Shown: positions 51,901 to 62,000 of the stretch, in pieces
Layout of the letters: each line of letters begins with the position of its first letter
Position numbering within the stretch: the first letter of the stretch is position 1
Assembly: GCA_013239625.1 (NCBI GenBank)
Contig: MU054338.1
Coordinates: forward strand, 5,804,724-5,866,723
From: Lama guanicoe
Lineage: Eukaryota
Reading direction: 5' to 3'
DNA length: 62,000 nt
The notes under the pieces: model-generated
Databases searched by the model: none
Seen by the model: the letters and a program-made list of their open reading frames with translations, nothing else
Told to the model about the DNA's origin: nothing
Made by a program: the position numbers and the translations under genes

Positions 51901-54900
51901 TGTATTCCTGGCTCCACAGCTGTTTGTTCAATAACTGATTTAAATATTGCCCATATTCTGGGGGCCCCACTCTTGCCAGGCCACATGAGGGCTCGAAAGA
52001 GAATTCCTCACAGCACTTACCTTCTGGTGCTGGAGGCCGACCACAGAGAACAGGTTCCCTCAGTCACTGGTTCTGAGATAGAGAAGCCCTGGGGGCTGGG
52101 GGAGCCCAAAAGGGGCATGGAGCAGGAAGGGCTTCCTTGAGGAGGTGAGGGCGAAGTGGGCTCAGGCAGAACAGACACAAGGAGAGCATGCCAGGCAGAG
52201 GGAGCAGCACAGGCCAGGGCTTGAGGGCAGCTGGGAGTTGATGAGATGCTGAAAGGGCCTCCTTTACCTGGAGGAGGGTGTTGGGATGAGGGAGAAGAGG
52301 CACATAGGACACAGGGTTATTGAGGAGAGAGCCACCGGGAGGTTTTAAGAAGAGGAGGGATGTGGTGTGAGTAAAGGATTTGAGGAAGCGCCCCCTGGTG
52401 GCCATCTGGATGGTGTTGGATTGCAGGGGGTGGCACAGAGGACACAGAAACTACAAGTGGTGATGTGGTGTCCAGGTGAGAGAGGGCAGACTTGGCCTTG
52501 AGTATATTGCAGAGCAAGTGTAGTTTTTAACTCATTTCTTTGTTTTTTAAATTCATTAAGAAACCAGTTTGCAAGAACATACAGTGAAGAGCTCTCCTCT
52601 CTAGCCTGGCCCTTTAGCCCCCAGGCTTCTTCCCCAGAGGTGACCACTTCTATGTCTCCCTCCAGAAAGATCTATGCATTTGCAAGCAGATATATACCTT
52701 TTTTTTTCCACATATATATCCTTTATATTTAAATATTCTTTCCCCCCTCCTCATTATTAAGTACATACAGAAAGATCATGGCAAAATGATCACCAACAGC
52801 ACCTAGATTTAGAATGGGAAAAATCCAAGTATCCATCAAGAGGGATTTGTCCGTGTCCACTGTGGCACCTCAGTCAAAGACTGAAAAAAAGTGAAAGGGC
52901 AAGGTACACACAGTGGTGTCATGAGCCACCTTAAGTGTGAGAAGGGAGAGCAAATAAAATTGCATATAGCTATGTTTATTTTCACAAGCATAAGCAATGC
53001 AATGATAAATCAGCAATGGGTAGAAATGATTTATCTCTGGGCAGGCAGAGGAGATGGAGCAGAGAGAGGAGTGGGAGAGAGACAGCTATTTAATATGAGT
53101 TGGCTTCTAAACTATGGAAATGTTTAGACTATTAAAAATACAATCAAAAAGGAGGGGGAAATCCACCAAAGCTGAAAACAAATGGATGTGGCTAATTGAC
53201 AGCATAACCAAAGAGAGAAAAAATTTCTTCTGAGTCACTGTCATCTGATTGCCTGTCCTCAGTGGCCTGTATTCTGAGGATCCTGAACTTAATCCCTTAG
53301 CATTCTGTTCAGTTGTAATATCAAGACCATTTACGTAGATTGATGGATAAGTCAAATATGCAAATGTGTTACTCACGGTAGGAACCAGGACTTTTAGTGT
53401 GAGAGAAAAAGGTACACATATACAATCAAAATGTTTTTCTCAAAGTTTTGAAAAGCTATTAGCAGGATTATGGTGCAATAAGACATGATGTTATTACTTT
53501 AAAAAATTTAAGTGTATGTGTTGCATTAAGAAGCAGTTGTACATTTATGATTTAGTAAACTGATTCCTGGCAAGTTGGATGGAACCAAGAAGGTGGGGGC
53601 TTGAGTGACATGGGGGAGGCCCAGTACACAGGCCCAAGAGGGGCCCTGAAATCACTGGGACCCCCTTCCCTATTTCTCTCTCCCTGGCTCCTCTGTAGGG
53701 GCTGTAGGCTGCAAGCTTCCACCCCTGCTTTTCTTTGCAGATGCCTTTGCCCAAAGACGCTACAGATGCAGCGGATCCCACAGAGCCACACATTGTAGGT
53801 AAGATCCTGCAGAGGGGGCGCCCAGTTCTCACCGGGCCTTTGGGCACAGCTCCTCAGCCCAGGTGCCCCAAGTATGTGCGTCTCCACCCCAGGAATCCAG
53901 AGTCCTGATCAGCAGGCTGCCCTGGCCCGCCACGACCCAGCCCGGCCTATCTTCGTTGAGGGCCCTTTCTCCCTGTGGCTTCGAGACAAATGTGTCTATT
54001 ACCATATCCTCAGAGCTGACTTGCTGCCCCCAGAGGAGAGGGTAAGGGCTCCAGACGGGAGTTGAGCGTGGGGGGAGTGAGCTGGCTTAGAGGTGGGGCA
54101 GAGGATAGGGAAGTGGAGGGGGTAGGCTGGGGGGAGAGGCAGCAGATGGCCGCAACATCCCAGGCCTCTAACCCTGCCTGTGCCCCCCTCCCTGGGGTAG
54201 GAAGTGGAGGAGATTCCAGAGGAGTGGAACCTCTACTACCCGATGCAGCTAGACCTGGCCTACGAGAGGAGTGGCTGGGATGACTACCAGTTTGACATCA
54301 GTGAAGGTAAAAACCAGGATGGGTAGGATTCCAAACACTGCACAGGATGAAGTGTGGCCTCAGGAGTCGAGGGGTGGGGCCCAGGCTGAGACTCAGCCCA
54401 GTTACACATACACAGACCCAGCAGAGGCCCAAGTACGTACACACACACACACCTCACCCCCTAGGGGCTCTAGACGTGTCAGCCTTGGTCATTTCTTCCT
54501 ACACGCATTTATGGAGCACCTCTGTGCTGGCTACTGGGTGTGACCAGGACAGGTCTAGTCCCTGCCTTAAGGCAGTTCGGGCCTGTGGTGGAATAGGCAA
54601 GTTATATTCTTGGGGTCCCAGGGGAGAAGCATACAACCCAGCCTCAGGTGGGAGTCGGAATGATTTCCTGGTGGAACATTGAACCAGGAGGCATTCCTGC
54701 ATCCCCAGGTGAAGCAGGAGTGGGGCAGGCTAGGCAGAGGGGATACCCTGTACAAAGGCTTGGACACACACAAAATGCGAAAGGGAACTTAAAGTCCCCA
54801 ACCTTGTGGGCATGAGGGGGCAGCTCTAGTCCCCACTGCACGAACTCAGATCCTGTCTCTCCCAACAGTGGAGGAAGGCCCTGTCTTCGCCATATGCATG

Positions 54901-55125
54901 ACGGGTGCCCATGACCAGGCCACACTGGCTAAGTGGATCCAGGGCCTGCAAGAGACCAACCCAGCCCTGGCCCAGATTCCAGTGGTCTTCCGCCTGGCTG
55001 GGTCCTCCGGGGAGCTCCTAGCATCCTCCGCAGGGCTGGAGGAGCCACTGCCACCCCCACCCCCACCTGAGGGTCAAGAAGAAGAGGAAAACAGTCAGCA
55101 GCGACAGCAGCAGGGCCAGAGCTGA
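47507..55125 (+). CDS. ECSIT: ECSIT signalling integrator / complex I assembly factor, 435 aa
   Basis: Exons 47507-47602, 50866-51283, 51513-51736, 53741-53798, 53893-54041, 54201-54306, 54869-55125 = 1308 nt in frame. Motifs [42 protein letters not shown] and [16 protein letters not shown] at 55198-55203. Confidence 0.97.
47827..48075 (+). mobile_element. Two tandem or nested vic-1-type SINEs
   Basis: Two tRNA-like heads (~47828 and ~47922) with one long tail; ggtctgag flanks both ends. Confidence 0.8.
48810..49295. mobile_element. MER58-type hAT element split by an antisense L1 3' tail (~48866-49120) containing (TATT)n
   Basis: ggcaaactttttgtaaagggtcagatagtaaa resumes as ggctttgtgggccat...ccaataaaacttta...tttgccgac. 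Confidence 0.7.
49711..50325. mobile_element. MER82-type TcMar-Tigger element
   Basis: cagtcgattctcagtattcacag...gaatgagcaaatactgaaccattgctcc...tttgcaaatatggaatc...aataggacc. Confidence 0.65.
53431..53566 (+). pseudogene. HNRNPA2B1: 5'-truncated HNRNPA2B1 3'UTR retro-fragment in the ECSIT intron 51737-53740
   Basis: ctcaaagttttgaaaagctattagc..gaagc.gttgtacattta aligns with 1321-1446 of this window; polyA signal degraded to AGTAAA at 53554-53559. Confidence 0.8.
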
Positions 55126-55489
55126 GCCTGAGTGGTCACAGAAGCACAGACTGTGGACTGGTGTGAAAGCATGAGATGACCTTTTCAGTGTACAGCAAAT
55201 AAAAGTTTTCCAGCTTGGGGCTGCCTTGCCTCCTCTCTGGCAGTGTGGCCTCCCCTGCCCCATTAATACCTGGTGTCGCGGCTTTTCAAGGGCTCCAGCA
55301 ACCAGCGTTGACTGGTCAGGGCCCAGACTTTCTCTCTGCCTTTACTTGACAGCTGCCACCCTTCCCTTGTCACCCCCCAATGCATTCAGGATAAAAGTGC
55401 GGAGGAGGAAGCCCCCAGTCCCCTAAAGTCTATGGACTCTCCCGTCTCAGCCTAAGTTTAACAGAGAAGGAATAAAGGGACACTGGGGT

Positions 55490-55648
55490 TTACGCGCTTG
55501 TGCGCATGCGCAATTTCCGCTCTCGGTCTCCTCTTGGCGCCGCGGGGCAGTGAGAGTCCATGAGAAATTTCCCGTCGGCGCGGAAGATGCGCGCCACTTC
55601 CGGCCGGGCTCCTAACAACGGGGGAGGCTGGTAACCAGGGAGGGGGGG
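55490..55648 (+). promoter_or_regulatory. ZNF653: ZNF653 promoter / 5'UTR
   Basis: Perfect NRF1 palindrome TGCGCATGCGCA at 55501-55512; ETS CGGAAG and ACTTCCGG; CpG island extends to ~56250. Confidence 0.75.
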
Positions 55649-58600
55649 ATGGCGGAGCGGGCGCAGGAGCCCGAGGCGGAGGCGGAGGCTGAGGCGGGCG
55701 CAGGCGGGGAGGCGGCCGCCGAGGAGGGCGCGGCGGGCCGCAAGGCGCGGGGCCGGCCACGACTCACGGAGTCGGACCGGGCCCGGCGGCGGCTCGAGTC
55801 CCGGAAGAAGTACGACGTGCGGCGCGTGTACCTGGGCGAGGCGCACGGGCCCTGGGTGGACTTGCGGCGCCGCAGCGGCTGGAGCGACGCCAAGCTCGCC
55901 GCCTACCTCATCTCACTGGAGCGCGGCCAGCGTAGCGGCCGCCACGGGTGAGAGGCCCCGGCCCGAGGGAGGGAGGAAATGAGGGAGGAGACGCACGCCC
56001 AGCGTCCAGGCTGCCGGCCCGGGTCTCTGACTGCCGGTCCTGGGATGCGCCAGGCTCGCCGCCCCGCCTCCCGTCTCTCCGGCTGCCCAATCGTAGGATG
56101 TGCCCAGACTCCCGACCCGCCTCCTGGGCGCTTGGCCCTGCCCGCTAGAGCTCTGGCTGCCCAATCCTGGTACGGGCCCCACCTCCAAGCTTTCTAACGG
56201 CCCGGTCCCCTGGAGGGGCGGCCCCGCCTCCTGAGGCTTCAATGGCCCGAGGTCTCTGCTGGCCCCTGGCCTCTCACAGGCCTTATCGCCTAAAACTCCC
56301 ACAATATAGCCTGGGGCTGTGACTGTACACCGCGGGCCATCCAACCCTACCCCTCATGAGGTTCCAGTGCCCCACCTGTGACTATATGTGGCCCCATTCC
56401 CACAACCCTAGGTCCCACGCTCCCAGAGGACCCCTCACAATCCAGATCGCATTCGCCTAAGCCTCTTGGCGCCTGGAGAGCACCTATGCCCAGGGAGACT
56501 CAGGTGAAGAGGATACCTCGAGGTAGCTGCTCAGGTGGAGGGCAGAGGCCTTTGCAGAATCTCAGTTCGGTCTTGAGAACTAGCATCATGGATGGAATTT
56601 TTCTCTTATCTTATAGGTTGATGTGATGACTAAATGAGTTAAAATACAGCAAAGGGCTTAGAACAGTTTCTGGCACTTAGTGACTAGTCCAGGTATTAGC
56701 TGTTACGATGATGTTTGTTCCCTGCTGTAAGCAATGCTCCAACAAAATCCTTGTTCTGCCCTGGTTTTCACTTGTACCTGTTCACATGTTTCTCTGGGGG
56801 GAGATTCTGAGGACGAAGAATCAACCAGAACCTGCTGAATTGTACCCACCCCCTCCCCAGGGTGGCAGGCTGGTTTTTATGTCCAAGAGGAGGGCAGAAA
56901 ATGCTGAGCACTTATAAAACCTGAAGCCAGTGTCCTACTATTGGAGTTTCCGATTCAGTTGTTCTGGGTGGAGTTGCAGACCGTGTATTTTTTTCTGAAG
57001 AGCTTCCAGGGAGACTTGATGTACAGCTGGAGTTGAGAACCACTGGCCATTGGGAGCCCTTGGAGGTTCTTAAGCTGAAAGTGGTATTTGCAGAAGCTCG
57101 TTCGGCTGAGCTGGAGCTGTGTGGGCCTGCAGAACTGGAGCTGGGATACTGAGACAACCCAGGCAGTAGGTGGCAAAACTCACCCCCAGGGCACGTGAGC
57201 AGTCAGGAAAATACACTAATCTGAGCGAGGGGTCTCCTGTGGGCAGTAGGCATGACCAGAGATAGGGGGCCAGTTATTCTAGTTGTTCAGTTATATAACG
57301 TGTGGTACCTGGAACGGTTTCAGTTCAAGGACTGTAAAACATAGACAGGAAGGCAGAAATGAAAATCAGGGTGAAAACAGAAAGAAAAACAGGGAACATA
57401 ATGGGGCCTGGGTCAGTGCTGCTGAATTGAAGCAGAAGTCACAGGGGACATGACAAGGGCAGTTGTGTGGCACAGTGAGGTGAAAACCTGACCAGAGGGG
57501 TTCAAGAGATGTGAAGAAGTGTGAATGGGCTATGAATTTGCCTTGGAGCTTCCTAACAGCCAGTGGGCAAAGGGAAACAATGGTCAGTAGTGGAATTTCT
57601 GTTGCCCTCTTATTTATTTATTTGTTTGTTTGTTTGTTTGCTTAGGGGGTTGTTTTTTTTTTTAATGAAAGTACTGGGGATTGAACTCAGGTCCTTGTGC
57701 ATGCCAACCATGAGTTCTACCACTGAGCTATACTCTCCCCCCCATTTATTTGTTTAATGAACATTTATTCACCACCTACTGTGTGCCAGGCACTTGTATA
57801 GATGCCAAGGGTACAGCAATGAACAAAACAAAGATCGCCGCCTGACGGAGCTGATGTTTAGAGGGCAGAGGGGCTAGCATGTGCAAAGGCTTGTCTACTG
57901 CAGACAGGAAACATAATAATATGTAGCATGTGAGAGAGTCATGGGGGCTGTGGAAGAAAACCAAAAGGGAAATAGGGAAAGAGGATTCATGAATGTGAGT
58001 TAGAGGTTTAGTTAGGATGTCATGGTGGGCCACACTGAGAAGTTATCATCTGAGTAAAGACCTGAAGGAGGTCAGGGGGAGCCATGCAGATATCCAGGGG
58101 CAGAGTGTTCGAGGACAAAGGAATAGCAGGTCCAAAGGTCCTGAGGCAGGACCCTAGCTGGTATGTACATGAAACAGGGAGGAAGCCTGTGTATCTGGAG
58201 CACAATGAGTGAGGGAAAGGAGTGAGAGAAGACTAGGACAGGGAGGTGACAGGGGTTTGTGGGCTGCAGGGAGGACTCTGGTTCTGGCTTTTCCTCCCAG
58301 AAAAGGATTTTCTGTATTTCTTAAATGCAGAATTTTGAACAGAGAGATCACATATCTGGCTTAGGTTTTATTTGTTTTGTCCTTTTTTTTGGAGAGGGTA
58401 GGTAATTAGGTTTTATTTATTTATTTTAATGGAGGCATTGGGGATTGAACCCAGGACCTCGTGCATGCTAAGCACACGCTCTACCACTGAGCTATACCCT
58501 CCCCCACAACTGGCTTAGATTTTAAGAGAGGCGCTCTCCATGATGTGTGTGGCGGGAGGAATGAGTGAGGTCTGCATTGGCCAAGAGCTGACAGTCGTTA

Positions 58601-60255
58601 AATCAGGTGATGGGTTCAGGGAGGCTCACTCTTTCTCTCTCACTTTGTGTGTGTTTGAATTTTTCTGTTTACATCTTAAACTCTTAACAAGAAAAGCAAA
58701 AGAATCATACAGATTCCTACATTGAGACCATGGGAGGGGAGGGCAGGAGCCGGGAGACAGGAAGGAGGCAGGCTGGTCCAATGTGAATGGTGATGGGGGT
58801 GGCCCTGGGTGGGGCCGTGGGAAAATGGAGAGAAGTGGTTGAACTTTGGGCCAGCAGCGTTCCCCGAAGGCTGTGGATATGAGAGATGCCCCCAGGTTTG
58901 GGCCTGAGCACCTGGAAAGTTGCAGTTGCCGTTCACTGAGAAGGGAGAGGTGGAAGGGCCAGATGCCAGCTTGCATGTGAGATGCTGGTGAGACCTCCTT
59001 CATGGGGTGCTGCAGAGGGGCTTGGGGCAGTGGTGGTGTGTGGGGAGAGGACCAAGCAGGAGAGCCAAGTGTGGAGAAACCAGAGTGGTGTCGGTGCGGT
59101 GATGGAGATTGTTGGTGGGTGGGGTGGGGGTTGCGTGTAGACGGAGCACACAGGTCCAAACCCAGGTCTTGGACCGTCTAGGACCAGATCGACTACTGCC
59201 AGGCTGAGCAAGGTGGCCACCCCTGGTGGCCATGCGGGCAGTTTGTAGCATGGTGTGAAAAAACCCTTACAGAAAGGGCCCAGGGGAGATGGAGGAGAGG
59301 AGGGCCCTGGAGGCAGTGAGGGACATGATGGCCTGGCCTCTGGGCCTAAGCTGGTTGCAGGGACAAGACCCTTGTAGAGCAGACAGTTAAGGTCAGGGGC
59401 AAGGTCCTTAGCAGCATTGGCCCCCCAGATGGGCTGACCATCTCCCCAGGGCTCTTGGCCAGCCTCTAGGGCAAGATCCACAGGACCTTGGATGGGGTCG
59501 TCCGAGGCCGACTCCATGAATGTTCCATGTTCTGTAACCAATGATCATAGACTTAGTGGTTTCAACCCACACAAATTTATTATCTTACATTTCTGCAGGT
59601 CGGGAGTCCAGCACATTTTAGCTGGATCCTCAGCTCAGGGTCTCACAAGGCTGAAATCAAGGGATCAGCTCGCTGCATCTTCATCTAGAGGCTCCCCTAG
59701 GGAGAGACCTGCTTCTAGACTTGCTGAGAGATTTGGCAGAATCCATGTCCTGGGGGTTGTACGGTCGAGGTCCCTGCTGTCTTGCTGGCCATCAGCTGGC
59801 ACCGCTCTCAGCTCCCGGAGGCCGTTCTCAGGTCCTGGCCCCTCACAGGCCCCCCACATTTTCAACCCCTAGTCTTTGACTTCAGCAGGGCCCTTTTAAG
59901 GGCTCCCTTGATTAGATCAGTACCCCCACCCCATAAGCTTCCTCTTGATTAATCCACTCCCCGGCCATGGGACCCTGACCAGGCAGCCTAACCCTCTGAG
60001 CCTCAGCTTCCCACTCTGTGAGGTGGGTGGAGATGTAGACCCTCCTGCTGGGGCTGCCGTCAGTGCAGCAGCGAGCCCGAGGAAAGGGGCATGGGAAGGA
60101 GAGCGGGCCGCCCAGGGAAGCAGACGCTAATATTCGGCTCTGGCAGTTGTAGCCTCTCAGCAACAGCAGTCATGCCCCGCGTTCACTCCCCACTGCCTCT
60201 CTCTGTTACAGGAAGCCTTGGGAGCAAGTCCCCAAAAAGCCAAAGCGAAAGAAAA
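55649..60255 (+). CDS. ZNF653: Zinc finger protein 653, partial (coding exons 55649-55947 and 60212-60255); continues beyond the window
   Basis: MAERAQEPEAEAEA...RGRPRLTESDRARRRLESRKKYDVRRVYLGEAHGPWVDLRRRSGWSDAKLAAYLISLERGQRSGRHG, donor GG|GTGAGA. A 44-nt exon KPWEQVPKKPKRKK with AG/GTAAG continues the phase. Confidence 0.93.
57610..57742 (-). mobile_element. tRNA-derived SINE (vic-1 type)
   Basis: gtactggggattgaactcagg...ctaccactgagctatactctcccc. Confidence 0.8.
58383..58505 (-). mobile_element. tRNA-derived SINE (vic-1 type)
   Basis: Full antisense copy; TSD ctggcttag(g/a)tttta. Confidence 0.85.
59520..59950 (-). mobile_element. MaLR (MLT1-like) LTR fragment
   Basis: acttagtggtttcaa...aaatttattatcttaca...gggtctcacaaggctgaaatcaagg. 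Confidence 0.6.
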
Positions 60256-62000
60256 GTAAGTGGGGCTGCAGCCAGGGTTGGGGTGGTATTGGGAGTAAGT
60301 GGCTTTGTTGCTGGTTCCCTCCTTCCCTCCCTTGCTCGCGCTCTCAGGGACCATTCATGGAGGGCCCACCAGGCCAGGCACTGTGCGGGATGGGACAGTC
60401 CCAGCCCTGCCCTCACAGAGCCCAGAGTCTCTTGGGAAAGTTAGGGGACAGACTGAGCAGGGCCTTGGTGAGGAAGGAGGGGGGCGGGGGCCCAGAGACG
60501 AGGCCTGCCCTGGCCTAGGACAGGGGGAGGGTTGGAGCAGGAATGTCGGAGGGGACCAGAGCCTGTACTGTGCCCAGCGCAGGGGGTGTAGGGGAGGGCT
60601 CTTATCATCATCACCTCTTGGGGAAAGGCCAAGTCACTGCCCCAGGCTGCACAGCCGGAAAGTAGCCAGACTAGACCGCAGATGCAGATCTGTGTGTTTC
60701 CCGAGTGGTCCCCTTAGAGCCTCTGCTCTCCTGCCCAGTGCGTGGGAGTCAGCCTGGGAGGGCCAGGCAGAGCAGAGGGAACAGCTTGTGCCTGGGCCTA
60801 AAGGGTGTGTGGTGTGCCAGGCTCGGGGGGAAGCCGGGCGTGGGCAGTCAGGGTGGGGGCTGGAGCACGTGTCCCCCATCATGATCCCTGAACCTTGGGG
60901 CTGTGGGTCTCAGGCCATGTCCAGCAGGGTGAGGGCTCATGGTCCAGGGACAGCTGTCTGGTGGCAGTGAGCCCCTTCCCTTCTCACAGTTCTCAGAGGT
61001 GGAAACTGAGCCAGAACTGAGACCCCCAATCCCAGAGGTGGGGAGGAAGATAAGGAGACAGTGCTGGGCTGATGGTCCCCCATGGTCATCACCGGTTGGG
61101 GCCCTCAGCACCATCCCTCAGTCCAAGGACCTTTCCTGGGCCCCCTCTTCATCTCCCAGCTGGAAGGTCAGGGGCCCACCTTCCTCCCCCTCAGCCGTGG
61201 GACCAGGATCATCACAAGTATCACAGACACCATTCCTTGTTATCAGTGTGCCCATTCCTGTTCTGGGTTCTGTGGATGCCTTCACTTTTTCCTCCCCGGC
61301 AGCCCTCAGGGAATGGGGACCATTATTCTCCCTCTGTCCAGAAGGGACAACGGAGGTTCAGAGAAGCCAATCACTTCCCTGGAACCACTCAACTAGGAAG
61401 TGGCAGAGCTGGGATTTTAATCCGGGCAGTGCGGTTCCACTGAGCCTGCCCCCTGGAAGCACCCCCTTATCCAGCACTTGTGTGGGCCAGACCCTGGGTG
61501 AGCACTGGGGACGCAGGAGGAGCAACACAGGGAAATAAATGTCCCTGCCCTTGGGGAGCTGACGTTCTGGTGGGGGAGACAGTAATATAGGAACCAAATA
61601 ACCACAGATGATATCTATGTGCCACCTGGAGAAAAAGGACCCTGAGTTGGGTTGGCTGGAGGGAAGGGGAGGGGTGGCCAAGGAGGGAAAGACCGAGGAA
61701 CAGGCAGGAGGCCCTGTTGCTAGAGCAGGGTGATTCGGGGGAGGGTGGGGAGTGAGGGCCCAGTAAGCCCCAGGGAGGACTTTGGCTTTTATCCCCAGTG
61801 GTGGATTCTGAGCAGAGAAGGGGTGTGACCTGACTCGAGGGTTCAGAGGCGCCCTCTGTCGGCTGCCAGGGGCAAGGGTGAGAGCTGGGAGCCGGGCCGA
61901 GGGCCTGAGCTGGTCCAGGCGGGAGACGGGGAGTTGACGAGGATGGTTGCAAGCCTAACCAGCAGGTGACACGTGTTGCGCACCTGCTGTGCCCCAGGCT

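Overview
Mammalian genomic DNA, very probably camelid given the many tRNA-derived vic-1-type SINEs. It is syntenic with human 19p13.2. Gene order: an hnRNPA2B1 retrocopy (+, 1-1.47 kb) lying antisense inside intron 1 of a KRAB-ZNF gene (exon 1 on -, ~3.26 kb); ACP5 (+); ELOF1 (+, with a U12 minor intron); CNN1 (-); ECSIT (+); and ZNF653 exons 1-2 (+). Spliced CDSs were rebuilt by hand from GT/AG boundaries and give intact full-length proteins: ACP5 349 aa, ELOF1 83 aa, CNN1 297 aa, ECSIT 435 aa. The most notable unexplained signal is a multi-exon fossil of a TLCD4/TMEM56-like gene (-, 43.4-44.5 kb) between CNN1 and ECSIT, plausibly a lost ohnolog of the TLCD4 that lies near CNN3. Also notable: the hnRNPA2B1 retrocopy keeps a 255-codon two-RRM ORF with a newly created ATG; a second hnRNPA2B1 3'UTR fragment sits in an ECSIT intron; the ACP5 3' end has a diverged local duplicate; there is a near-perfect ~120-bp tandem duplication; and solo LTRs and oriented CTCF motifs are present. 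Homology calls rest on recalled reference sequences, not database searches, and repeat boundaries are approximate.
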